Source of the DNA: Macrostomum lignano
Lineage: Eukaryota
Assembly (NCBI GenBank): GCA_002269645.1
Contig: NIVC01001160.1
Span: 124,001 to 188,000, forward strand
DNA: 64,000 nucleotides
Direction: 5' to 3'
This document shows, piece after piece, positions 11,164 through 23,094 of this stretch. Position numbers and translations under genes: made by a program. The notes under the pieces are model-generated. The model had not been told where the DNA came from and searched no databases. It saw only the letters and a list, made by a program, of their open reading frames with translations. Numbering within the stretch: position 1 is the first letter of the stretch; each line of letters opens with the position of its first letter.

Positions 11164-11617
11164 CAAACTCCAAATATAAAATATATGCACCAATGAAATG
11201 AAAATTCAGAACTTCAATGTGAGTTCACGCATCAAATCAAGGCGTTGATTGAAACTCCTGATTTATGATAAATGAGGGAGATTTCTGGCAGCAAGATCTC
11301 TTCAATTGCTACAAAAGTCGCCACAACTGACAAGCAAGTTGAATGAAGGGTCGCCCAATGAGCACAGGCAGTGCAAGGATCACTGAGCCTGGAATCTGGA
11401 CTGTCTACCTGTACATAGGATTGTTTAGCGGATTGGGAAGAAATCAAATTTAAACAGTGTAATTTGAATCGGGATATTTTGGTTGGCAAACCAAATTTAA
11501 ATCCATTATACGAAATAAAAATTTTGAACTAAAGTCGTTCTCTCCATATAGTGATACCCGACTGTATGCTCAGATGTGATGCAAGTAGCTATTTAGAAAC
11601 AAAATGCACTAGTTAGT

Positions 11618-11773
11618 TACTGCAACTACAACTGCAACTGCAACTGTAACTGTAACTGTAACTGCAACTGCAACTGTAACTGCTACTGTTAATGCAACTC
11701 TAACTGCAACTGCAACTGCAACTGTAACTGCTACTGTTAATGCAACTCTAACTGCAACTGCAACTGCAACTGC
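11618..11773. repeat. Hexamer (ACTGCA/ACTGTA)n array, left part
   Basis: Same hexamer family as 13812-16410, on the other side of the LINE. Confidence 0.9.
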
Positions 11774-13810
11774 ACTTGACTTACTTGACTTAGCTGCACG
11801 GGGCTCCGTGCGTCCGGAAACAGCGAGGAGGCGTTGCTGCCCATTTCGCTAGCCCCTGGCGACCACGGGCAGCTAGTGCTGCGGTGTCGCGCAGGGAGTT
11901 CCGGTGGCGCCGATGTCCGCAGCGTGGTCCCCCTCCGGAGGGTCCAGGAGGTGGACTGCCGCTCGCCCAGTAGCCCTTAGGTAGCGGACGAGCTGGCAGA
12001 GATTCTCGGGCCTGAAAACGTCGGAGAGGTCCGGGTTTGGGCCGAGGTGGGTGAGCCTGTCCTGAGTAAAGGCGGGGCATTCACAGATAAAGTGCTCCGC
12101 ATTCTCGACACCGGAGAGGCAGAATGGGCATTCCTCACTGCGGATTTTTCCCTGGAGGTAGCGATGCCTGGCAAAACAGCCATGACCCGAGAGGGCCATG
12201 GTCACCGCCCTGATGTCCCTGCGGTTGAGTCCAAGCAGGGCCCTGTGGAGGGCGGGGGAGAACAGGGGACAGCCGCGCGGGATTCCCGGCAGTCTGGGGC
12301 GTAAGGCCACATTTCCTTGTGCTTTGAGCCACCCACTGGTTGATCCGAGTGGTGACAACGGCGGTGGGGGTGGGGGCCACGGGCAGAGGACCAGTAAAAG
12401 AACCGGTTGGGCCATCCTTGGCCAGGCGATCGGCCAACTCATTGCCGGGGTGGTCCGAGTGCCCTGGGATCCACCTTAGGGACACCTTGTTGGAGGCGCC
12501 TAAGCGGTTGAGCTGCCCGATGCAGTCAAGGACTGTACGCGAGCAGGTGGTGGTGCGCTCAAGGGCGTGAATAGCAGATTCACTGTCCGAGTGGAGGGTA
12601 ATTTCCTTCCCCAGACGCGCTGATTGTACAGCTCCATGGCACAGGAGCAGATGGCGAGAACTTCGTTCTGGAAGACGGTGGAGCAGGTGCCGGTGTGCTG
12701 GGAGAAGGTCGCCACAGTTCTCCCTCCAGACACGATGCAGTAGCCGTAGCCAGGGGCGGAGTTGATTTGGGTCTTGTCAGTGAAGCAGTGGATTTCACGG
12801 GATTTCCAGTTGTCCCTTGCTTCATGACGTGGTGGAATGCTGTTTTGAATTTGAGCGGAGAGCAGAGCGTGGACGGGATTCCGTCCGAGAGGGTCAGCAG
12901 GCCTCCCGCTGCTTCCAGGTCTCGCATGCTGAGGTCGCCGTGCGGCCATAGGTTCCGCTTTCTAAAGGCGAACTGCTTCTGGATTTGGACACCCGCGTCA
13001 AGTAGACGGCGGGTGGTCTTCATTGCCTCCTTTCTGACAAAGAGGTCGAGGGGGGAATGTCCATGAAGGAGTTCATCCCAGCGAAGGGCGTAGAGGGAGC
13101 CGCGCTCATGATAGCTCGACAAGCGCGGCCTTGCACCCTATTTAGAGCCTCAAGAACCCCTTTCACCTCTAGAGCACTGTTCCAAATGAAGCCGGCGAAG
13201 ATGGCCGGTCTAACAATGGCAGTGTAAATCCACCAGAGGCGGCGGGGGGTGAGGCCCCAGGTGGCGCCGAAAGCTCTGCGGATCTGCGCGAGAGTCGCGA
13301 GGGCTTTGCGGGCTTTGGATTGGACGTGCGGAGTCCAACTCAACCTGTGGTCGAGGGTGACACCCAGACATCTGGTTTGTTTCTCCATGGCAACGGGTTT
13401 GCCATAGAGGGAGAGCGGTTCGATCCTCCAGTTTCGGCGACTGGTGAACATAATAGCCACGGTTTTAGACTCAGAGAACCTGAGACCGCAGCTATGTGCC
13501 CAGCGCTCGGCACGGTGGATGAAGGCTTGAAGGAGGTCCCTGAGGACCGCGGGTGATGGTCCAGCCACAGTGGCGGTAACATCGTCCGCATAGCCGACCA
13601 TCTGAACCGGGTCCGGATGCGGGCTGCAGAGCAGCTCGTCCATGGCTAAATTCCAGAGGATCGGGCTGAGGACTCCACCTTGCGGTTCGCCTTTCTGGAC
13701 CTCCACAGAGCGGGAGTGTCCCAGGAGGTGCGAGGTGGCAGTACGATGGGAGACCATGTACATGATCCAGTGGATAAGGTGCTCGTGCGTGCCCCGGGAT
13801 TCCAGGGATT
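11774..13810 (-). mobile_element. 5'-truncated, frameshifted non-LTR retrotransposon with RT + RNase H + CCHC (Loa/R1/I-group-like), copy 1
   Basis: RT: KGEPQGGVLSPILWNLAMDELL, GYADDV, CLGVTLDHRLSW. RNase H: [33 protein letters not shown]. Knuckle: CPFCLSGVENAEHFICEC. 3' tail AAGTCAAGTAAGTCAAGT. Confidence 0.9.
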
Positions 13811-13811
13811 C

Positions 13812-16410
13812 CACTTTAACTGGAACTGTAACTTCAAGTGAAACTGCAACTGCAACTGCAACTGTAACTGTAACTGCAACTTCAAGTGCAACTTCAACTG
13901 CAACTGCAACTGTAACTGCAACTGTAAATGCAACTGTAACTGCAACTGTAACTGTAACTGCAACTGCAACTTCAATTGCAACTTCAACTGCAACTTCAAG
14001 TGCAAGTGCAACTGCAACTGCAACTGCAACTGTAACTGTAACTGTAACTGTAACTGCAACTTCAAGTGCAACTGCAACTGCAACTGTAACTGTAACTGTA
14101 ACTGCAACTTCAAGTGCAAGTGCAACTGCAACTGCAACTGCAACTGTAACTGTAACTGTAACTGTAACTGCAACTTCAAGTGCAAGTGCAACTGCAACTG
14201 CAACTGCAACTGTAACTGTAACTGCAACTTCAAGTGCAAGTGCAACTGTAACTGCAACTGTAACTGTAACTGTAACTGCAACTTCAAGTGCAAGTGCAAC
14301 TGCAACTGCAACTGCAACTGTAACTGCAACTGCAACTGTAACTGTAACTGTAACTTCAAGTGCAACTGCAACTGCAACTGCAACTGTAACTGTAACTGCA
14401 ACTTCAAGTGCAACTGCAACTGCAACTGCAACTGTAACTGTAACTGCAACTGCAACTGTAACTGCAACTTCAATTGCAACTTCAACTGCAACTGCAACTG
14501 TAACTGTAACTGCAACTGCAACTGCAACTGTAACTGTAACTGTAACTTCAAGTGCAACTGCAACTGCAACTGCAACTGTAACTGTAACTGCAACTGCAAC
14601 TGCAACTGCAATTGCAACTGTAACTGTAACTGTAACTTCAACTGCAACTGTAACTGCAACTTCAATTGCAACTTCAACTGCAACTGCAACTGTAACTGTA
14701 ACTGCAACTGCAACTGCAACTGTAACTGTAACTGTAACTTCAAGTGCAACTGCAACTGCAACTGCAACTGTAACTGTAACTGCAACTGCAACTGCAACTG
14801 CAATTGCAACTGTAACTGTAACTGTAACTTCAAGTGCAACTGCTACTGCAACTGCAACTGTAACTGTAACTGCAACTTCAAGTGCAAGTGCAACTGCAAC
14901 TGCAACTGCAACTGTAACTGTAACTGCAACTTCAAGTGCAAGTGCAACTGCAACTGCAACTGCAACTGTAACTGTAACTGTAACTTCAAGTGCAACTGCA
15001 ACTGCAACTGCAACTGTAACTGTAACTGCAACTTCAAGTGCAACTGCAACTGCAACTGCAACTGTAACTGTAACTGCAACTTCAAGTGCAAGTGCAACTG
15101 CAACTGCAACTGCAACTGTAACTGCAACTGTAACTGTAACTGCAACTGCAACTGCAACTGTAACTGTAACTGTAACTTCAAGTGCAACTGCAACTGCAAC
15201 TGCAACTGTAACTGTAACTGCAACTTCAAGTGCAAGTGCAACTGCAACTGCAACTGCAACTGTAACTGTAACTGTAACTTCAAGTGCAACTGCAACTGCA
15301 ACTGCAACTGTAACTGTAACTGCAACTTCAAGTGCAACTGCAACTGCAACTGCAACTGTAACTGTAACTGCAACTTCAAGTGCAAGTGCAAGTGCAACTG
15401 CAACTGCAACTGTAACTGTAACTGCAACTTCAAGTGCAAGTGCAACTGCAACTGCAACTGCAACTGTAACTGCAACTGTAACTGTAACTGCAACTTCAAC
15501 TGCAACTGCAACTGTAACTGTAACTTCAAGTGCAACTGCAACTGCAACTGCAACTGTAACTGTAACTGCAACTTCAAGTGCAACTGCAACTGCAACTGTA
15601 ACTGTAACTGCAACTTCAAGTGCAACTGCAACTGCAACTGTAACTGTAACTGTAACTGCAACTGCAACTGTAACTGCAACTGTAACTGCAACTGTAACTG
15701 TAACTGCAACTTCAATTGCAACTTCAACTGCAACTGCAACTGCAACTGTAACTGCAACTGTAAATGCAACTGCAACTGCAACTGTAACTGTAACTGCAAC
15801 TGTAACTGTAACTGCAACTGCAACTGTAACTGCAACTGTAACTGTAACTGCAACTTCAATTGCAACTTCAACTGCAACTGCAACTGTAACTGTAACTGCA
15901 ACTGTAACTGTAACTGCAACTGCAACTGTAACTGCAACTGTAACTGTAACTGCAACTTCAATTGCAACTTCAACTGCAACTGTAACTGTAACTGTAACTG
16001 TAACTGCAACTGCAACTGCAACTGTAACTGCAACTGTAACTGCAACTGCAACTGCAACTGCAACTGCAATTGCAATTGCAACTTCAATTGCAACTTCAAC
16101 TGCAACTTCAACTGTAACTGTAACTGCAATTGCAATTGCAACTTCAACTGCAACTTCAACTGCAACTGTAACTGTAACTGTAACTGTAACTGCAACTGCA
16201 ACTGCAACTGTAACTGCAACTGTAACTGCAACTGCAACTGCAACTGCAACTGCAATTGCAATTGCAACTTCAATTGCAACTTCAACTGCAACTGTAACTG
16301 CAACTGCAACTGCAACTGCAACTGCAATTGCAATTGCAACTTCAATTGCAACTTCAACTGCAACTGCAACTGCAACTGTAACTTTAACTGCAACTTCAAG
16401 TGCAACTGCA
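13812..16410. repeat. 2.6-kb compound hexamer array (ACTGCA, ACTGTA, ACTTCA, AGTGCA, ATTGCA)
   Basis: Direct reading; produces the TA/TV, VA and LQ low-complexity ORFs. Confidence 0.97.
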
Positions 16411-16444
16411 ATCGCTTCATTCTGCGATCGCATAGAGGCCTGAT

Positions 16445-16653
16445 CAGGGACAACTAAAACACTCGGGACGCGAAACAAGCCAAATCATGGTGAAAAAAGT
16501 TGGGGGCTCGTTTGAAAGCAGTGTCCTATGGCCATCCAACTAGCATGAACTTTCAATGCATGAAAAACTGGGCGCCCATAGACTTAAACGAGTCCTTAAC
16601 TTTTTTCACCATGATTTGGCTTGTTCCCGTCCCGAGTTTTTTAGTTGTCCCTG
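16445..16653. mobile_element. 209-bp hAT-type MITE
   Basis: ~60-bp imperfect TIRs CAGGGACAACTAAAA.../...TTTTAGTTGTCCCTG; perfect 8-bp TSD GGCCTGAT (16437-16444, 16654-16661). Confidence 0.9.
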
Positions 16654-16998
16654 GGCCTGATTAGAATATGTGCAAAAAATTACCAAAGAACTGCGCACCT
16701 TTCCACACAAGTTTCCACTCCGTATTCTATAGCTGCAGAAGTCCATGGACTGGAGGCGGGAGAGAGCGGCACGCACGCAGAGAGAGAGAGAGAGACGGAG
16801 CCACAGAACCGCAGGCGCTTATTTCTTGCCGTACACATGCCAGCGCAGTGGGGGGAGGCCGCGGTCAAACGCCGCTCTCATATAGCCACTAGCATTTAAA
16901 GGCAGGCATTTTTAAGCGCCATTAAAGCAAAAAAGCAACAGACCCATTGCAGACTCGAACGAACGTATTAAAAGCATGCATTCGAATGTTGTGCAGCC

Positions 16999-19900
16999 AT
17001 GAGCCAGCATCTGCGCCAAGCCGAAGAGTCCGACATCGAGGCGCACGTCGCCGCTTTCAATGCCAGATGTCGGTCGGACTCCGAGCGAGTCCAGCTGATC
17101 AAAACTGCAAACGGCTTGGCCTGCAGCGGCCAGCTGAGGCTGCACTGGGACGTGTGGGGCTGCCTGGCTCTGCTGGAGAGCGACGGCTCAAAGCCGCTGA
17201 ATGGGCACTACGCGTATCTGGGCGATCTGGGCGATCGAGCGTTGGACGGCGCAGCGACAGAGGAGGACAAACCCGACCAGGAGCTGCAGGAGGATCAGGT
17301 TGCTGAGGATGGCGAGGAGGTCAGCGGATTGTCACTCTTTTATGGTGTATTCTGCCACTCTCTCAGTCTAATCTGCCACTCTCTCAGTCCAATCTGCCAC
17401 TCTCCCAGTCTAATCTGCTACTCTCCCAGTCAAATCTGCCACTCTCCCAGTCTAATCTGCCACTCTCCCAGTCAAATCTGCCACTCTCTCAGTCCAATCT
17501 GCCACTCTCCCAGTCAAATCTGCCACTCTCCCAGTCTAATCTGCCACTCTCCCAGTCTAATCTGCCACTCTCCCAGTCAAATCTGCCACTCTCTCAGTCT
17601 AATCTGCCACTCTCCCAGTCAAATCTGCCACTCTCCCAGTCTAATCTGCCACTCTCCCAGTCTAATCTGCCATTCTCCCAGTCTAATCTGCCACTCTCCC
17701 AGTCTAATCTGCCACTCTCCCAGTCTAATCTGCCACTCTCCCAGTCTAATCTGCCATTCTCCCAGTCTAATCTGCCACTCTCCCAGTCTAATCTGCCACT
17801 CTCCCAGTCTAATCTGCCACTCTCCCAGTCTAATCTGCCACTCTCCCAGTCTAATCTGCCATTCTCCCAGTCTAATCTGCCACTCTCCCAGTCTAATCTG
17901 CCACTCTCCCAGTCTAATCTGCCACTCTCACAGTCTAATCTGCCACTCTCCCAGTCTAATCTGCCACTCTCACAGTCTAATCTGCCACTCTCCCAGTCTA
18001 ATCTGCCACTCTCTCAGTCTAATCTGCCACTCTCCCAGTCTAATCTGCTACTCTCCCAGTCAAATCTGCCACTCTCTCAGTCTAATCTGCCACTCTCCCA
18101 GTCAAATCTGCCACTCTCTCAGTCTAATCTGCTACTCTCTCAGTCTAATCTGCCACTCTCCCAGTCTAATTTGCCACTCTCTCAGTCTAATCTGCCATTC
18201 TCTCAGTTTAATCTGCCATTCTCTCGGTCTAATCTGCCATTCTCTCAGTCTAAGTTGCTCTATCCTCTAAGTCTACAGTAGTCTACTCTATCCTACATAG
18301 TCTACTTTAAGACTACTAGAAGCCACTACACTCTTCACTCTTCACTTTTTTTATCTTACTAGATTCAGCAAGGCCCATTGTGCCTTACATATTACATTTT
18401 AAACTAATCTTTATAATACATGTAGTTCCTAGGCCTCACCCAGCCCAAACTTTCCTTTAGAAATAATAAGTATAGCAATCTACATGTGTTTAGCTTTGTA
18501 GCTTAGCCTTCTAAACTGAACTTTATATTTGCATCTGAAGTTCTAATTTCAGAATTAAGTGCTGGTATTATAAGCAGAGCAGCAGAAACCTCTGGAGCTT
18601 GCGTCATGGTCTTTGACAGTGTTGGTCAGTTGTTTTGAAACTAATCAGTGGTCCCTAGAAGGAGTCCAGGAGCTTGTGACCAAGGCAAAGTTAAAGCAAG
18701 GTGTCTCTGGTTCGGTTCGGGTTGAGTGAATTGCGTATTTCCCTGATTCCCTGATTCCCCGATGTCCCTGACACCCAGTTTGACGCCTCCTTATACCCAG
18801 TTTGACGCCTCCTGACACCCAGTTTGACGCCTCCTTATACCCAGTTTGACGCCTCCTGACACCCAGTTTGACGCCTCCTGACACCCAGTTTGACGCCTCC
18901 TTATACCCAGTTTGACGCCTCTGACACCCAGTTTGACGCCTCCTTACACCCAGTTTGACGCCTCCTGACACCCAGTTTGACGCCTCCTGACACCCAGTTT
19001 GACGCCTCCTTATACCCAGTTTGACGCCTCCTTATATCCAGTTTGACGCCTCCTGACACCCAGTTTGACGCCTCCTGACGCCCAGTTTGACGCCTCCTTA
19101 TACCCAGTTTGACGCCTCCTTATATCCAGTTTGACGCCTCCTGACACCCAGTTTGACGCCTCCTGACACCCAGTTTGACGCCCCCTGTGAGACCATATTG
19201 AAAGATGGCTGCTGACGCCCGTGTCCACCCGCTCCGCACCGCAGGCTTTCGCTGGCGTCAGACTTCGTCGCCGACGCAGGCGTCAGAAAATTCCGGCCAA
19301 TTGGCGCCGCTCGGTGAACGGGCACGCATTCAGGGGGCCGAGCTCGGTGCTGCCGGACGCTGGCCAGAGTGTGCAGGTGCTGGCGGATATTGGCGACCGG
19401 GTGCATCAGGTGAGGCTTCACCGTCATCTTAATTTTCTATCCTAACGATCTCGTAGAACGTTTCGTATGGCCCTTGAAAATCGGCAACGAACGATTCAAA
19501 CAACGCGATAAATTATCTAGCAGCTTATCCGGGGTTATGGAGTGATTTGCGCATTCATATATGACCTAAGCTCGCGCGACATTAAGCTTTAAGGTCATTC
19601 AAAATAGTCGGCACAAGAAATAAATGAAGTGGAATATGTTACACCTTTAAGTCACACGCAGACAGATAGCATATAAGTCGAATTTAAATAAATGAAATGA
19701 ATGAAAATAAACAACTGATGAACTCCCAGCAGGTGATTTCAATTAGTAGTGAGCAGGTGTCAGAACCACACTATGACGCTCTCAACTCCTTGAAGTGCTG
19801 TCCCGTTCAAAATGTCACCATGATAAGAACCGAGCTAAATAGTAATTGCAAGCAACTCATTAGTGACCCTAGCGACTCTTGTGACTTTTTAACGACTCAA

Positions 19901-20664
19901 ACGACTGAAATGCAACGGAGAGGCGGCTCTAGAGTCTCGAGTGCAACAACGGGAGTTGTAAAATCGTATAAGAGTTGCGAAAAGTTCATTCAAGAAGCGT
20001 TGTTTTAGCCTTCTACTAACTCAAGTAGACTAAATAGAGTTGTTATTCGAGCGTAATTACGAGATGCGCAAACTCGATTTGCGATTCCGATTCATAAATG
20101 ACGCAGATGCGTTTTGGACGCAACTCAGTAGCTCTGCAGCGGCTCTACGGCCCTAGAGTCACGATAGAAGCGCCTATAGAGTTGTTTCAAAGTCGCAGAC
20201 AATAAAAAAGCCTCGAATTGACTCTGCCCAAACTAATATGCCACCGAACGCACTGTGCCCAGGTGATCGGGCACCTGTTCGCCAAGTATATGATCCGCCA
20301 ACCGCCCGAGGCTTACTGCATCGCTGTGCTGACCTCCGACGGCTGGGAGTTGACTCTGTCGCCTCTTGACTGCCCGCTCCGGGTGCGCCTGTCGCTGGGC
20401 CCTGACGAGTCCCGGTCGGGGAAGCTGCTGGTCCGCGAGGCCGGCCGCCTCGGTCCCAGGGGCAGCATCCTGCAGCTGGCCAGCCTGCCCACTCCCATGC
20501 TGCACCACCTGCTGGACAGCCTGACCCAGGAGGAGGAGGCGGAGATCGCCGCCACCAAAGCCTGCTTCCGGTGGGCCAAGGCGGCCATGGAGACGGCGCT
20601 GCGGCAGAGGCGAGACGGCTCGACAGTTGCCACTTTGAGGAGAGAGCACGCGTCACACCTGTAG
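16999..20664 (+). CDS. RASSF: RASSF2/4/6-like protein (RA domain + SARAH coiled coil); 3 coding exons
   Basis: Exons 16999-17319 (GAG|GTCAGC), 19245-19409 (CCGCAG|..CAG|GTGAGG) and 20263-20664, all phase 0. RRSVNGH matches the RASSF2/4 RRFSINGH motif; CPLRVRLSLGPDE is RA-like; LPTPMLHHLLDSLTQEEEAEI is SARAH-like. An upstream exon is possible. Confidence 0.75.
17352..18258. repeat. 21-bp minisatellite in RASSF intron 1
   Basis: Unit TGCCACTCTCCCAGTCTAATC; gives the artefactual CHSPSLI repeats. Confidence 0.97.
18770..19185. repeat. 21-22-bp minisatellite in RASSF intron 1
   Basis: Unit ACCCAGTTTGACGCCTCC(TGAC/TTAT). Confidence 0.95.
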
Positions 20665-20782
20665 ACCTTGGGTAGAGCAGCGATTTAGGCTATAGTTCAT
20701 TATTTAATCTTTTTGAAGCGTCTTCTCTGGGTTACACATGCTCGATTTACTTCCTAAAGAGGTGTCACGCGGATTCTCCCTC

Positions 20783-21385
20783 TCCAAGGTCAGTCATGCT
20801 CAGATACCCCCTTCCCCCAGGTCGGTCATGCTCAAATTTTTCCTTTTCCAAGGTCTATCATGCTCAGCTTCCCCCTTTCCCAAAATCACTCATGCTCAGA
20901 TTCCCCTTCCTCAAGGTCAGTCATGCTCAGATTCCCCCTTCCCCCAAGGTCAGTCGTGCTCAGATTCCCCCTTCCCCAAGGTCAGTCATGCTCAGATTCC
21001 CCCTTCCCTAAGGTCACTAATTCCCAGATTCCCCCTTCCCCAAGGTCGATCATGCTCAGCTTCCCCCTTTCCCAAAATCACTCATGCTCAGATTCCCCTT
21101 CCTCAAGGTCAGTCATGCTCAGATTCTCCCTTCCCCAAGGTCAGTCATGCTCAGATTCCCCCTTCCCTAGGGTCACTAATTCTCAGATTCCCCCTTCCTC
21201 AAGGTCAGTCATGCTCAGATTCCCCCTTCCCCAAGGTCAGTCATGCTCAGATTCCCTGTTCCCCAAGGTCACCCGAGCTCAGATTCCCTGTTCCCCAAGG
21301 TCACCCGTGCTCAGATTCTCACTTCCCCAAGGTCACCCGTGCTCAGATTCTCACTTCCCCAAGGTCATCCCGTGCTCAGATTCTC
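20783..21385. repeat. Degenerate ~30-40-bp minisatellite
   Basis: Core CCAAGGTCAGTCATGCTCAGATTCCCCCTTCC. Confidence 0.9.
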
Positions 21386-22084
21386 ACTTCTTCGAGGACA
21401 TCAAAGCGTTGATAAGATTGTCACAACTAGCATAAAAATAGATTAAAACATGCACTGCTGCAATACTACTACATACAATGACTCAATGCTCCCTTTGAAA
21501 GCCTGCTCATCCAAACCCTTACAAAATAAGCCCTCAATTTTTGCTCCCGTAACCGGAAAATACAATTAAAGATGGTGAGCAGTTCATCATGTTACCAGAA
21601 ATATTTTTATCAGGTTTTCAACTCAGCAGGTTTAAATGCCTTCATTAGAGCTCAATCTGAACTTGTCGCACAAACTTGCGAGCTGGTTACACTACTGCAA
21701 GTAGCAAAATGAGGGACCTGCTTCATTCCAAAACCCAATGATTGTTATCGCACTAGAAATTTCTAAGAAATCGCCAATAAATCGGTAAAAATGTGCTCCT
21801 GCAGGCTGAATCTGTTTGCTTAACGGATGTTGTAAATAGCTACCCAATATTACTAACGATTATGCTTTACTATGGCTTATAAATACATGTAACCATGCAG
21901 TCAACTATAATCAATTTTTTTGAAACCAATAAGGCGATATTATTGAACTTGCCTTACTGTATTGGTATTCAGCCATGAAGTGACGTCACAGAGCTTTTGC
22001 GAAAATAACTTTTTTGTCTTGTAGCTTTTCCTGACGTTTGTCAGGTTTAGCGTTTGGGACTTTTTGGCTCTGTATACGAGCTAG

Positions 22085-22735
22085 ATCTGGGTATGTACGA
22101 TTTGGGTCTGTAAGATTTGAGTCTGTAAGATTTGAGTCTGTATAGATCTGGGTCTGTAAGGTCTGGGTCTGTATAGATTTGGGTCTGTAACATTTAAGTC
22201 TATAGATTTGGGTCTGTAACATTTAAGTGTATAGATTTGGGTCTGTAACATTTAAGTGTATAGATTTGGGTCTGTAACATTTAAGTGTATAGATTTGGGT
22301 CTGTAAGATTTGGGTCTAGAAGATTTGGGTCTGTAAGATTTGGGTCTTTAAGATTTGAGTCTGTATAGATTTGGGTCTTTAAGATTTGAGTCTGTATAGA
22401 TTTGAGTCTGTAAGATTTGAGTCTATAGATCTGGGTCTGTAAGACTTAAGTCTATAGATTCGGGTCTGTATAGATTGGGTCTGTATAGATTGGGTCTGTA
22501 TAGATTCGGGTCTGTATAGATTCGGGTCTGTATAGATTAGGTCTGTATAGATTGGGTCTGTATAGACTGGGTCTGTATAGATTTGGGTCTGTATAGATTA
22601 GGTCTGTATAGATTGGGTCTGTATAGACTGGGTCTGTATAGATTTGGGTCTGTATAGATTCGGGTCTTTATAGATTGGGTCTGTATAGATTGGGTCTGTA
22701 TAGATTCGGGTCTGTATAGATTGGGTCTGTATATA
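22085..22735. repeat. ~15-20-bp minisatellite
   Basis: Core TGTATAGATTTGGGTC. Confidence 0.9.
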
Positions 22736-23094
22736 GACATCGGCAGACACTGCATGATTATTTAAACTTGCCCAATACGAGCTATGCACTTTCTAACTTT
22801 TCCTTCAAGCTGTTCAGGAGCTATTTCAAGTATTTCATATTTGCATTCGCCATTTGCGAGTTATAAATCTTAAGTGCAGCTTACACACTCTGGCTTACAG
22901 GCTCGACAGGAGAACATCTGGAGGGCATCTGATGTGGCAAAAATGCATGCATATGCTTCTGAGGCTTGGTCAGCTGACTCCAGTTTCGCATATTTGACTG
23001 TGATGGATAGAGGCTGCAGAGTGAAGCAGTAATGTCTCCCGTGTATTGATGTAATAACTCGCTCTCATCTCACTCGCTGCATCTATTCTCTCTC

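Noticed and set aside
13020-16478. 1152-aa, 933-aa, 397-aa and 536-aa ORFs
   Set aside because: Produced by the hexamer array, which lacks stops in several frames. Only the RT portion (13020-13810) is real, and it belongs to the LINE.
17320-18270. CHSPSLI repeat tail of the 423-aa ORF
   Set aside because: Read-through into a 21-bp intronic minisatellite; the spliced model restores the RA and SARAH domains
20738-21446. Pro/Ser/Gln-rich ORFs
   Set aside because: Translations of a degenerate minisatellite
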